From NCBI GenBank assembly GCA_019244185.1, contig JAFATB010000005.1, positions 32,001 through 96,000 of the forward strand: a stretch of 64,000 nt of DNA, given 5' to 3'. The translations under genes were made by a program, and so were the position numbers. The notes below the pieces were generated by a model that was given only the letters and a program-made list of their open reading frames with translations, did not search any database and had not been told where the DNA came from. Shown here piece after piece: positions 18,187 to 27,824 of the stretch. The stretch is from Acidobacteriota bacterium (GTDB lineage: Bacteria > Acidobacteriota > Thermoanaerobaculia > Gp7-AA8). Within the stretch, counting starts at the first letter, position 1. The number at the start of each line of letters is the position of its first letter.

Positions 18187-19395
18187 TTATCCGACGCGCG
18201 CGTGCGGCTCGACGGCAAGGTCGCGCATCGACAGCGCGATTGCCAGCGCGACCGCCATCAGCGCCGCGCCGCCATAGAACGCGCCGGCCGCGCCGCCGAG
18301 GTCGTAGAGAAATCCGGCCACGATCGGTCCGAGAAAACGCGCCAGCGAACCGACCGATGTCGCGAGGCCGAGCAGGCTTCCGCGCTCGCTCTCGGGCGAG
18401 ATGCGCGAGACCAGCGACGTCAGCGACGGATAGCAGAGCCCCTGTCCGATCGCGACGAAGAACGTCGCCCCGTAGAGCAGCGGCACGCGCCAGATCGACG
18501 GCACGAGCGCGAAGCCGATCACGAACGCCGCGGCGCCGACGATCACCAGCCCCTTCTCGCCGATCCGCTTCGCGAAGCGGCCGATGAGCCCTCCCTGAAT
18601 CGTGGCCACGATCAAACCCATGAAGAGAAAGAAGCGCGCGAGATCGAGCTGGCGGAAGTGAAAGCGCTCGCGCGCGTGCAGCGTCACGCTGATCTCCATC
18701 CCGGCGACGGCGAGCAGCGTGAGAAAGAGGCTGGCCATCACCGCGGCGAGGAGACGATTCCCCGCGACCGTGCGCCAGATGCGCGTGTCGAACTGCGGCG
18801 GGCGTCCCGAACGCGGCACGAGGTCCGGCGGCTTCGACTCCGCGAGCACGAAGAACGCTAGAGTTAACGCCGTCAACGAAAGGCCGGCCGCCACGAGTCC
18901 GGGCAGCAGGTTGTCGTGCAGTCCGTGCTGGCCGCCGATGTGCGCGAGAAAGCCGCCCAGCGGCGGGCCGAAGATGAAGCCGATGCCGAAGGCGGCGCCG
19001 ATGAGACCCATGCCTTTCGCGCGATCCTCCGGCGGCGTGCTGTCCGCGATGTACGCCTGCGCGGTGCCGATGTTCGCGCCGCCGATGCCCGCGATGACGC
19101 GCGAGGCGAGCAGCATCGCGAGGCTGCGCGCGAACGCGAAGAGCAGGTAGCCGCTGCAACTCGCGGCGAGGCTGAACAGCAGAATCGGGCGGCGTCCCAC
19201 GCGATCGGAGAGGCGTCCCCACACCGGCGCGAAGAAGAACTGCATGATCGAGTAGATGCCGACGACCGCGCCCACCGTGATGCCGCTCGCTCCGTATTCG
19301 CGCGCGTAAAACGAGAGAAACGGGATCACCATCCCGAAGCCGATGAGATCGATGAAGACCGTGAGGAACAGGACCAGCAGGGAAGACTTTCTCAC
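18187..19395 (-). CDS. MFS transporter (TetA/DHA1-like)
   Basis: GRLSDRVGRRP motif A; about 12 TM helices. Confidence 0.92.
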   Translation of the reverse strand: MRKSSLLVLFLTVFIDLIGFGMVIPFLSFYAREYGASGITVGAVVGIYSIMQFFFAPVWGRLSDRVGRRPILLFSLAASCSGYLLFAFARSLAMLLASRVIAGIGGANIGTAQAYIADSTPPEDRAKGMGLIGAAFGIGFIFGPPLGGFLAHIGGQHGLHDNLLPGLVAAGLSLTALTLAFFVLAESKPPDLVPRSGRPPQFDTRIWRTVAGNRLLAAVMASLFLTLLAVAGMEISVTLHARERFHFRQLDLARFFLFMGLIVATIQGGLIGRFAKRIGEKGLVIVGAAAFVIGFALVPSIWRVPLLYGATFFVAIGQGLCYPSLTSLVSRISPESERGSLLGLATSVGSLARFLGPIVAGFLYDLGGAAGAFYGGAALMAVALAIALSMRDLAVEPHARVG

Positions 19396-19404
19396 GCCGC
19401 GCGA

Positions 19405-19414
19405 AGTCTATACT
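19405..19414. promoter_or_regulatory. bidirectional overlapping -10 elements (TAGACT minus / TATACT plus)
   Basis: AGTCTATACT between divergent starts 19395 and 19423. Confidence 0.6.
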
Positions 19415-19422
19415 GCGCCGCC

Positions 19423-20106
19423 ATGCGTCTGGTTCTCTTCGACATCGACGGGACGCTCCTCTCCGACGGCGGCGCCGCGCGCGAGGCGTTCGCCGACGCG
19501 CTGGCCGCGGTTTACGGCTACGACGGCGAGCTCGCGCGCTACGACTTCTCCGGACGCACCGACCCGCAGATCGCGCACATGGTGTTGCGCGACGTCGGCC
19601 TTTCCGCCGCCGCCATCGACTCCCGCATGCCTCGCCTCTGGGAGCACTACCTCGGCGGCCTCGCGCGCAACGCGACGCCCGCACGCGTGCGCGTACTGCC
19701 CGGCATGCGCCCGCTCGTCGACGCGCTCGCCGCGCACGACGGCGTGGTGCTCGCGCTGCTGACGGGAAACATCGAGCCGGGCGCGCGCCTCAAGCTCGGC
19801 GGCGGCGCGCTGAACGAATACTTTCCGTTCGGCGCGTTCGGCAGCGACTCCGCGGATCGCAACGAACTGCCGCCGGTCGCGGTGCGCCGCGCGTCCGAAG
19901 CGACCGGACATCGCTTCAGCGGCGAAGAGGTCGTGATCATCGGCGACTCGATCTACGACGTGCGCTGCGGCGTGCCGTACGGCGCGACCACGATCGCGGT
20001 CGCGTCGGGAAAGACGGCGATCGAAACGCTGCGCGCCGAGCATCCGCGGCACTTGTTCGAAAGTGCCGAAGACCTCGGCGCGCTGATGAACGCGATTCTC
20101 GGTTAA
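19423..20106 (+). CDS. HAD family hydrolase
   Basis: FDIDGTL, LTGN, IGDSIYD. Confidence 0.9.
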   Translation: MRLVLFDIDGTLLSDGGAAREAFADALAAVYGYDGELARYDFSGRTDPQIAHMVLRDVGLSAAAIDSRMPRLWEHYLGGLARNATPARVRVLPGMRPLVDALAAHDGVVLALLTGNIEPGARLKLGGGALNEYFPFGAFGSDSADRNELPPVAVRRASEATGHRFSGEEVVIIGDSIYDVRCGVPYGATTIAVASGKTAIETLRAEHPRHLFESAEDLGALMNAILG

Positions 20107-20948
20107 CGGCGGAAACGTTCGGGGATCGACACGCGTCCCGCGACGCGCTCGTAGTCGATGCCGCCGCTCGACTTCTCGCCGACGGTGAAGTTGCCGCCGA
20201 TGTCCGTGACCTCGATCGAGCCCGACGAGTCGGAGTCGATGAGCACGTCGTGGCGGACGTTCTGCACCGTGATCGAGCCGGAGTCGTCGTTCGGGATGTG
20301 CAGCGAGTCGACGCTGGCGACGGTGATCGAGCCGGAGTCGTCCTCGATCTCGACCGCGCCGGCGACGTTCTTCACCTCGATCTCGCCCGAGTCGTCTTCG
20401 ATCTTCACGGCGCCCTGCACGCTGTCGACGTCGATGCCGCCCGACTCGTCGTGGATCGTGAGGTTGCCGTGCACGTTGCGCACTTCGATCGAGCCCGAGC
20501 CGTCGTCGATCGACGTGGGGCCGACGTTCGCGACTTTCATCCAGCCGCTGCCGTCATCGATCGAGACCGGTACGCCGTCCGGCACCGCGACGCTGAAGTC
20601 GAGCCGTGCCTGGAAGAAGCCGAAAAGCACCGTCTTCTGCGGGATGCTCGCCTCGACGTGCAGTTCCGAGCCCGACTTGCGCATCGTCAGCGTCATGCGC
20701 GGGAGGAAGTCTTCGTCGGACGTGCACGCGGTGCCGTTCGCGACCACCTGCGGCGCGCCGGGCGTGCCGGTGACCGTGAGCGAGCCCGCGTCGGCGTGGA
20801 TGACGATGCGCGTGATGCCGCTCGACGGCGTGGTCAGATGCCGCGCCGCGCTGTAGCGGCAGTCGGACTCGTTGTCCGTCCAGTCTTCGGCGAAGAGCGG
20901 CGCGGCGAGCACGAGACACATCAGAGCTCCGATCGGAACGAGTCTCAT
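20103..20948 (-). CDS. DUF4097/adhesin-like beta-strand repeat protein, secreted
   Basis: Signal peptide and repeated DDGSG/DDSG-x-I-x-V units. Confidence 0.8.
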   Translation of the reverse strand: MRLVPIGALMCLVLAAPLFAEDWTDNESDCRYSAARHLTTPSSGITRIVIHADAGSLTVTGTPGAPQVVANGTACTSDEDFLPRMTLTMRKSGSELHVEASIPQKTVLFGFFQARLDFSVAVPDGVPVSIDDGSGWMKVANVGPTSIDDGSGSIEVRNVHGNLTIHDESGGIDVDSVQGAVKIEDDSGEIEVKNVAGAVEIEDDSGSITVASVDSLHIPNDDSGSITVQNVRHDVLIDSDSSGSIEVTDIGGNFTVGEKSSGGIDYERVAGRVSIPERFRR

Positions 20949-20996
20949 CGGAATCCCTCCTGCGGCTCTCTACGGCGCGCGCCGGGCAAAGTTGCG

Positions 20997-21425
20997 TCAC
21001 GGCCGCAGATTCGAAGCGTGGAGATGCACGATCCACCACCGCCCGCCGCGCCACGCGAGCACGAGCGTCCGCCGCGAGCTGACCTCGGCCGTTCCGACGT
21101 CGAACGTTGCGACCGCCGTCGTGCCGCTGCGCTGAACGCTGAGATCGTGATGCGCGAGATGCATCGCGCCCGAGCGCGCGCGTTCCGCGTCGAACAGCGG
21201 CCGCAGCGCGGCGACGATGGCGGCGCGCCCGGTGAGCTTCGCGCGGTACTGCGGCATCGGCAGAAACGCGGTCGCGTCGTCCGCGAACAGCGCGCCGACG
21301 GCATCCGCATCGAGCCGATTGAACGCGTCGAGAAACGCATCGACGGCCTGCTCCGGCGGCGCGATGCGCGCGGACGCGCAGCCGCACACGACGAGCAGCA
21401 ACGCGAGCGATCCTAGGCGGCGCAT
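20997..21425 (-). CDS. NTF2/SnoaL-like lipoprotein
   Basis: Lipobox-like VCGC, FLDAFNRLD, WWIVHLHAS. Confidence 0.8.
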   Translation of the reverse strand: MRRLGSLALLLVVCGCASARIAPPEQAVDAFLDAFNRLDADAVGALFADDATAFLPMPQYRAKLTGRAAIVAALRPLFDAERARSGAMHLAHHDLSVQRSGTTAVATFDVGTAEVSSRRTLVLAWRGGRWWIVHLHASNLRP

Positions 21426-21463
21426 GCGGACGCCACGATACGCGCGTGACATACTCCCGCGCC

Positions 21464-22018
21464 ATGGACCGGCAGTTGCGCGCGCGCATCGAGGCGTTCG
21501 TCCGCCCGCTGTATCAAGACCTCGACGGCGTCTCGCGCTTCGATGACGTCGAGCGCATCGCCGCGATCGCGCGTCGCCTGTACGTCCCGCGCGACCCCGC
21601 GGACATTCGCGAGTTCGAGCTCCTGCTGCTCTTCCATCGACTCGGCAAATGGCTCGATCGCGTCGGCAACCTCTCGCGCACGCTGCTCGTGATTCGCGAT
21701 CTGTCGGAAGAGGAACTGCGCCGCACCGCCGCCTCCGCGCGCCGTCTCGAGGAGCCGGTCACGCATGCCGAACGCGCCGTCGCCGCCGCGGAGCTTATCG
21801 ACAACGCCGGCGTCCGCGGCCTCACGGAACGCTTCGCCCACGCCCGCCGCGAAGGCAGCTCGATGATGGACGTTCTTCGAGCCGCCATGAGCGACGTCGC
21901 CGTCCCCGACTGGCTCCCGCCCCACGCCGAGGAATGGCTGCACGCGCGGCGAGAAGCGCGGCGGGAGGTTTGTAAGAAGTTGTTGGAGGAGCTGGCGCTG
22001 GAGGATTTCGGGGGGTGA
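21464..22018 (+). CDS. hypothetical protein, degenerate HD-domain-like
   Basis: Helical HD-fold-like pattern (LLLFH, ELIDNAGVRG) lacking a canonical HD; codon usage fits a real gene. Confidence 0.55.
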   Translation: MDRQLRARIEAFVRPLYQDLDGVSRFDDVERIAAIARRLYVPRDPADIREFELLLLFHRLGKWLDRVGNLSRTLLVIRDLSEEELRRTAASARRLEEPVTHAERAVAAAELIDNAGVRGLTERFAHARREGSSMMDVLRAAMSDVAVPDWLPPHAEEWLHARREARREVCKKLLEELALEDFGG

Positions 22019-22037
22019 GGATTACGGAGCGCGACCT

Positions 22038-23972
22038 CTACGTCCGCAACACCCCGGCCCGCTCGAACACGCGCGCTTCGATGAACGTGTCGACGAGCTG
22101 CGAGTCGAGCAGGCCGTCGTTCACTTCCATCTTCAGGATGTCCAGCGCGCGCTCGGTGGGGACGGCGCGTTTGTAGGGGCGGTCGCTGGCGGTCAGGGCG
22201 TCGTAGATGTCCGAGACCGTCATCATGCGCGACTGCAGCGGGATGTCGCTCGCCACGAGCTTGCGCGGGTAGCCGCGGCCGTTGAGCTTCTCGTGGTGCG
22301 CGTACGCGATGTCCGCCACCGCGGAGAGGTCGCGCGTCCACGGGATTTTCTGGAGAAAGTTGAACGTGTGCGTGACGTGGCTCTCGATTTCCTGCCGCTC
22401 CGCCGCATCGAGATTGCCCTTGCGGATCGACAGGATGCGCGCCTCCTCGGGATCGAGCAGCAGGCGCTTGTCGCCGCGGATGTCGGCGAAGGCCTGCGTG
22501 GCGAGCTGCTGCAGATAGTGGAAGTCGCCTTCCGGCAGCACGCTCGGCTCGTTCGACTGGGCGATGAACGAGAAGTCCTTCTGCAGCCGCAGAATCTCGG
22601 CCGCCGTTTCCGCGTCGAGGTGAGCACAGAAGTCGTCGAAACCGTCGCGGCCGTGCGCGAGCAGGTAATCAAGCTTCTTGCGATACGCGTCGTTCTCGGC
22701 CGACTTCATCACGAACTCGAAGCGTGAGCGAATGGCCTCGAGCTGCAGCGGATAGAGCTTCTTCTCTTTGACCAGGATCTGCTCGCGGACGCCGACCTTG
22801 CCGAAGTCGTGCAGCAGCGACGCGTAGCGGATCTCGCGCACCTGCTCGCTCGAGAAGCGCACCTCGCGGAACGGGCCGCTCTCGACCCGATCAATGACGC
22901 GCGCGAGCTCGACGGTGAGGTCCGCAACGCGGAACGAGTGACCCGACGTCGTCGGATCTCGTTGTTCGATCGCGGTGACGGCGGCGGTGACGAAGCCTTC
23001 GAACAGCCGCTCGATCGATTCGTAGAGCAGGTTGTTCTCGACGGCGACCGCGGCCTGGCTCGCCAGCGCGCGCATGATGTCCGCCGTCGCCTCGTCGAAT
23101 GGAATCACGTGCTCGGGCACGGACGCCGCGGTGAGCCGCGCCGTCGCGCCGCTGCGGCGCCGGTTGATCAGCTGCAGCACGCCGATCACCTCGCCCGCGT
23201 GGTTCGTCATCGGGAAGACGAGGAGCGAGCGCGTGAGGTAGCCGTTCTTCTCGTCGAAGGTGCGGTTGATCTCGTACTCGGCGCCGGCGGGCAGGTTGTA
23301 CGCGTCGTCGATGACGAGCAGATCGCCCGTCATGGCGACGTAGCCGGCGAGGCTCTTGCGCGTCACCGGCAGGATTTTTTCTTCGAAGGCCTCGACGTCG
23401 ATCGAGTCGTTCTGCGCGAGCTTCCAGCGCAGCACCGGCTGGCCGCCGACTTCATCGAGGAGGTACAGCGAGCCCGCGTCCGCGCGCGAGAGCTCGCGCG
23501 CCTTGCTGAGGATCATCGTCAGCAGCACGGAGTGATCGCGCACGGTCGACAGCGCGGCGCCGACTTCCGCGACTTCCTGCAGCTCACGCGTGCGCTCGCC
23601 GAGCTGCTTCTCCAGCTGATCGGCGCGCTGCTTCTGATAGAGGAACTGGAACGCGCGCTTGATCGCGCTCATCAGCACGGCCGTCGACGGCGCTTCCGGC
23701 AGATGGAGATACAGGCTGTCGTCGGCGAGCCACTTCGGCTGCTCCTCGAGACCCACGCCGACGACGGCCGTGCGCGGATCGAGCTGCAGGATGTGCTTGC
23801 GTCCGTTGGTGATGGCCGCATCGACGAGCACCACGCGCAGCGCGCTGCCGTCCAGGCTCAGCAGCTGATCGAGGTTGTCCAGACGCCGCGATGAGATCGC
23901 CTCCAGCGTCAGCGCATCGGCGTACTGGCCGATGGGAAACGCCTGCGAATGGAGGAGCGTGAGCGTCTGCAT
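22038..23972 (-). CDS. GAF + HD-GYP c-di-GMP phosphodiesterase
   Basis: GAF domain, TSGHSFRVA, LHDFGK, HHEKLNGRGYP, DIYDALTASDRPYK. Confidence 0.92.
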   Translation of the reverse strand: MQTLTLLHSQAFPIGQYADALTLEAISSRRLDNLDQLLSLDGSALRVVLVDAAITNGRKHILQLDPRTAVVGVGLEEQPKWLADDSLYLHLPEAPSTAVLMSAIKRAFQFLYQKQRADQLEKQLGERTRELQEVAEVGAALSTVRDHSVLLTMILSKARELSRADAGSLYLLDEVGGQPVLRWKLAQNDSIDVEAFEEKILPVTRKSLAGYVAMTGDLLVIDDAYNLPAGAEYEINRTFDEKNGYLTRSLLVFPMTNHAGEVIGVLQLINRRRSGATARLTAASVPEHVIPFDEATADIMRALASQAAVAVENNLLYESIERLFEGFVTAAVTAIEQRDPTTSGHSFRVADLTVELARVIDRVESGPFREVRFSSEQVREIRYASLLHDFGKVGVREQILVKEKKLYPLQLEAIRSRFEFVMKSAENDAYRKKLDYLLAHGRDGFDDFCAHLDAETAAEILRLQKDFSFIAQSNEPSVLPEGDFHYLQQLATQAFADIRGDKRLLLDPEEARILSIRKGNLDAAERQEIESHVTHTFNFLQKIPWTRDLSAVADIAYAHHEKLNGRGYPRKLVASDIPLQSRMMTVSDIYDALTASDRPYKRAVPTERALDILKMEVNDGLLDSQLVDTFIEARVFERAGVLRT

Positions 23973-24076
23973 TGGTGAACGCGGCCTGCAACCGCCGTGC
24001 GAGGGGCGTTCTTCCACCCCCTCACGTCGCCGCATTATCGCACTGGAGCGGCGCGACATCGCCGCGGCGGGCTCCG

Positions 24077-24832
24077 CTATTGCCGTTCGCGGCAGCGCGA
24101 GATGAGCGTTCCGAGTCCTTGCCGGTTGCCGAACGAGTCGCGCGCCTTGAGCAGCTCCGGCAACATGTCGGGCGAGGTGATCTCGTCGATGGCCTCGTCG
24201 ATCTCACCGTCCGCGCTCTCGACGGCCGTCGCGATGTACGGGATCGCGCGCGCGTCGCGGCGTCGCGCGAGCCCCAGGGCCGCTTCGTTGGCGACGCAGC
24301 GATCGGCGTCGTGCAGGCGTTCGGCGAGCGCGGCGCGGATGCGCGGCGTGTCGTGATCGGACAAACTCCCCACCGCGAACGTCGCGCGGTCGCGCACGGA
24401 CGTGTCGCCGTCGCGCATGAGCATCAGCAGCACGCGCTCCGCGCGCTCGTCGGCGATCAGATCCTCGAGCGCCGTCGCCACGGCCCAGCGCACGTTCGAC
24501 GCATCGTGCGCCGCAACGCGGGCAAGCGCTTCAATTGTTCGCGCGTCCTGTCGCTGTCCGAGCGCGTGCACGACCGCTTCGACGACGAGCGGCTCGGCGT
24601 CGCCGAGCATGCTCGCGAGCAGTTGCAGCGCATCGTCGGACCACGTGTTGAGCTGCCCGACGATGTCCGCGCCGGCGATGCGTTCCGCGACGTCATCGCT
24701 GCGGCAGAGACGCGTCGCGCGGTCGAACACTTCGCGCGTGCCGAGGGCGTGCAATTCGCGGATCGCGCCCCAGCGCGCCTCGTCGTCTTGTTCCCGCACG
24801 ACGACACAGAAGAGTTCATCGACGGAACGCAC
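24077..24832 (-). CDS. HEAT repeat protein
   Basis: Repeated VR..A..ALG helical units. Confidence 0.8.
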   Translation of the reverse strand: MRSVDELFCVVVREQDDEARWGAIRELHALGTREVFDRATRLCRSDDVAERIAGADIVGQLNTWSDDALQLLASMLGDAEPLVVEAVVHALGQRQDARTIEALARVAAHDASNVRWAVATALEDLIADERAERVLLMLMRDGDTSVRDRATFAVGSLSDHDTPRIRAALAERLHDADRCVANEAALGLARRRDARAIPYIATAVESADGEIDEAIDEITSPDMLPELLKARDSFGNRQGLGTLISRCRERQ

Positions 24833-24838
24833 GACGCG

Positions 24839-24848
24839 ATGCTACCTT
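24839..24848. promoter_or_regulatory. bidirectional overlapping -10 elements (TAGCAT minus / TACCTT plus)
   Basis: ATGCTACCTT between divergent starts 24832 and 24857. Confidence 0.55.
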
Positions 24849-24856
24849 AACGCGCC

Positions 24857-25282
24857 GTGATGCGTTCAAGCCCCCTTCTCCTCGTCGCGGTTCTGCTCGC
24901 CGGCTGCGGCGAGCTCGCCACTCCGACCTCGCCCGACGCCCAGGAACCGCCGCCGAATCCGGCCGCCACGTTCACGCGCGTGCAGAACGAAATCTTCACG
25001 CCCACGTGCGCGTCGATCGGCTGTCACGATCGCATCGGCCAGCAGGAAGGAATGATCCTCACCGCCGACCGCTCGTACGATCTCATCGTCGGCCACGCGA
25101 GCACCGAGATCCCGTCGCTGCTGCGCGTCGCGCCCGGCGACCCCGCGAACTCGTATCTCTATCGCAAGATCACCGGCTCCGGCATCACCGGCGACCGCAT
25201 GCCGCAATCGCTGCCGCCGCTGAGCGACGCGCAGATTCAACTCGTCCGCGACTGGATCCGGAGAGGAGCTCCGCGTGATTAA
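24857..25282 (+). CDS. lipoprotein, c-type cytochrome-like with CxxxxCH
   Basis: Lipobox LAGC; CASIGCH; PGDPANSYL..K; RMP; WIRRGA. Confidence 0.7.
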   Translation: MMRSSPLLLVAVLLAGCGELATPTSPDAQEPPPNPAATFTRVQNEIFTPTCASIGCHDRIGQQEGMILTADRSYDLIVGHASTEIPSLLRVAPGDPANSYLYRKITGSGITGDRMPQSLPPLSDAQIQLVRDWIRRGAPRD

Positions 25283-26132
25283 ACGCCTTCTGCCGATGCT
25301 CTTCGCCGCGCTGCCGCTCTTCGCGCAGAGCGACGTCGTCGACCAGCCGTTCCGCACGCTCTCCCTCGGCGACACGCTGCTCTCGCTGCCCAGCTCGCAC
25401 ATCTCCGGGCAAGGCATGTGGGAAGTGCGCTTCACGCATCGCTTCAACCAGTCGCTGAGCGACGGCAGCTTCAGCGATCAGGTGCACTCGCTCTTCGGTC
25501 TCGACACGAACGCCGACGTCGTCATCGGACTCTCCGCGGCGATGAGCCGCAAGCTGCAGTTCTCGTTCGCGCGCAGCAACACGAACGACACGCTCGAAGG
25601 CGGCGCGAAGTATCTCGTGCTGCAGCAGACCGAGACCGCGCCGCTCTCGCTCGCGCTGCGCGGCGGCGTCGACTGGCGCACCGAGCGCGACCTCGGAGAC
25701 CGCACGTCGTTCTTCGCGCAGGCCATCGTCTCGCACCAATTCGGACGCAAGGCGGAAGTCTTCATCATTCCGACCATCGTCACCAAAGCGGGGCGCGCGG
25801 TGAGCGGCACCGCAACGCAATCGGGCGCGCTGTTCGATCACGCGTTCAACATTCCGGTCGCGGTCGCGTGGATGCTCGCGCCGGGAACGAGCGTCGTGGC
25901 CGAGCTCACGCCGCCGAACCGCGATCTGCCCGACGACATGCACGCCGATCTCGGCTGGGCTCTCGGCCTCAAGCGGCAGATCGGCGCGCACTGGTTCGAG
26001 ATCCTCGTGACGAACAACCAGTCGTCGCTCACCGACCAGTTCGCCACGACAACGTTCCAGGGAACGCCTCTCGACGCCAGCGAAGTGCACCTCGGCTTCA
26101 ACATCGAGCGGCGGTTCGGGCGGCGGCGCTGA
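25275..26132 (+). CDS. outer-membrane beta-barrel protein (DUF5777-like)
   Basis: Signal peptide; HRF...FGLD, GAHWFEI.VTN and C-terminal HLGFNIERRF. Confidence 0.8.
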   Translation: MIKRLLPMLFAALPLFAQSDVVDQPFRTLSLGDTLLSLPSSHISGQGMWEVRFTHRFNQSLSDGSFSDQVHSLFGLDTNADVVIGLSAAMSRKLQFSFARSNTNDTLEGGAKYLVLQQTETAPLSLALRGGVDWRTERDLGDRTSFFAQAIVSHQFGRKAEVFIIPTIVTKAGRAVSGTATQSGALFDHAFNIPVAVAWMLAPGTSVVAELTPPNRDLPDDMHADLGWALGLKRQIGAHWFEILVTNNQSSLTDQFATTTFQGTPLDASEVHLGFNIERRFGRRR

Positions 26133-26173
26133 GGCAAATTCGTATGGCAGCCCGGTTGCAGTAAACGCCACCC

Positions 26174-27205
26174 GTGCGCTGTCCCGAATGCCACTTCCTG
26201 AATGAATCGAACGCGGCGGCCTGCACGAACTGCGGGCTGCTGCTGCTGAAGGTCGCCCAGGAGACGACGGCGCCGAAGCGTCGCGCGGAAGACCTCGCCG
26301 TCCAGCGGCGACGCGCGAGCGATGCGGAAGCGGAGACGTGCCGCTTCTGCGGCGGCGCCATCGCGAAGAACGCCATCCGCTGCCAGCACTGCTCGGAAGT
26401 GCTCGACGAAGACTTTTACCGCGAGCGCGCGCAGCGGCTGCGCGCGCGCATCAACTACGCGAGCTGGGTGCTGTACCTCTTCGGTCTCGCCGCCCTGCTC
26501 GTGTTCCGTCCCGTCGGCGTGATGTCGATCGCCGGAGGTTTGCTGCTCTCGATCACCTACTACGCGATTCCCGTCGAGCCGCCGGCGTCGTCGCGCGCGA
26601 AGAAGAAGCAGCGGCTGCCGCTCAAGGAAGTGCTCAAGCGCCAGCTGAAGTTCGAGCGCGTCGCCATTCCGATTCCCGCGCTGCGCCACAAGAAGCTCGT
26701 CTTCGTCGGCACACCGCTCATCGCCGCGCTCATCGGCTACAGCGCGAACCTGCTGCTGTTGCAGGAGCCGGTCAACGACATCCTCCGCGAGAACGCGGCC
26801 TTCCGCGGCATGCGCGTCTCCGCGCACTACCAGTACTACGTCGTCCCCGGCGTCGTCGTGTACGACCTCGAGGGTCTCAGCTTCCGCCAGACGCCGATCG
26901 ACGTGCATACGGCGTTTCTCGAGTTCGCGAAGAAGCTGAAGGAGAAGCGCTACACGCGCGTCGATCTCTCCTACAAAGGCCACACGAAGTTCTCGATCGA
27001 CGGCGCATCCTTCTCCCGCCTCGGGCGCGAATACGCCAACCGCAACTTCGACTTCGTGCTCTACAACTTCACGCGCCTCTTCCACGCGGAGGACGGCACG
27101 AAGCCGATCGATGCGAAGGCAAACGACCGCGACGCGCTGCTGCAGTTCCACCGCAGCTGGTACGGCGAAGACCAGATGACGCGCACGGTCAAGAACGCGT
27201 TCTAG
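26174..27205 (+). CDS. double zinc-ribbon membrane protein, unknown function
   Basis: Four CxxC motifs (CPEC, CTNC, CRFC, CQHC), 3 TM helices and a soluble C-terminal domain. Confidence 0.7.
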   Translation: MRCPECHFLNESNAAACTNCGLLLLKVAQETTAPKRRAEDLAVQRRRASDAEAETCRFCGGAIAKNAIRCQHCSEVLDEDFYRERAQRLRARINYASWVLYLFGLAALLVFRPVGVMSIAGGLLLSITYYAIPVEPPASSRAKKKQRLPLKEVLKRQLKFERVAIPIPALRHKKLVFVGTPLIAALIGYSANLLLLQEPVNDILRENAAFRGMRVSAHYQYYVVPGVVVYDLEGLSFRQTPIDVHTAFLEFAKKLKEKRYTRVDLSYKGHTKFSIDGASFSRLGREYANRNFDFVLYNFTRLFHAEDGTKPIDAKANDRDALLQFHRSWYGEDQMTRTVKNAF

Positions 27206-27212
27206 CGACGCG

Positions 27213-27824
27213 TCAGAGCAGGCCGTCCGCCGCGAGCGCGCGCGTCAGCTGCTCGGCGTCGATGAATTGATATGCAACCATCCCCACCGAGCGCGCGGCG
27301 AGCACGTTCTCGCTCAGGTCGTCGATGAAGACGACGTGCTGCGGCAGCGCGCCGAGGACTTCGAGCGCGCGGCGGAAGATCTCGGGATCGGGCTTCGCTA
27401 CGCGGAAGCGGTGCGAGAAGACGAAGCGGTCGTCGCGGCGGAAGAGTCCCGAGAAGCGGCGCGGGATCAGCTCCGCGTGGATCTCGTTCGAGTTCGACAG
27501 GAACGCGATGCGGTAGCGCTCGCGCAGGCGGTCGAGCAGGTCTTCCATCCCCGGAATCGTGCCGTCGAAGAAGTCGCTCCAGACGGCGCGAAAGTCGTGC
27601 AGCGAGCCGCGGTAGCGCGTCTTGTCGACGAGGAACTCGTAGAACTCGCGGAAGGTCACCGCGCCGCGCTCCATGTCGCGGTAGCCGCCGGGCTGCTCGA
27701 GGATCTCGATGACCTCGTCGCGCGTCACCTTCGCGTTGCGGCAGATGCCCGCGATCACCCGCTCGTACGCGAGCTTGATGAGCGTGTTGCCGAGATCGAA
27801 GAGAAACCAGGTCGTCGCTGCCAT
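27213..27824 (-). CDS. HAD family phosphatase
   Basis: FDLGNTL, LSNSN, KPDPEIF, FIDD. Confidence 0.9.
   Translation of the reverse strand: MAATTWFLFDLGNTLIKLAYERVIAGICRNAKVTRDEVIEILEQPGGYRDMERGAVTFREFYEFLVDKTRYRGSLHDFRAVWSDFFDGTIPGMEDLLDRLRERYRIAFLSNSNEIHAELIPRRFSGLFRRDDRFVFSHRFRVAKPDPEIFRRALEVLGALPQHVVFIDDLSENVLAARSVGMVAYQFIDAEQLTRALAADGLL

Noticed and set aside
20150-20580. Recurrent GAGCC(C/G)GA-GTCGTC DNA motifs
   Set aside because: Explained by the DDSG beta-strand protein repeats of the DUF4097-like gene.
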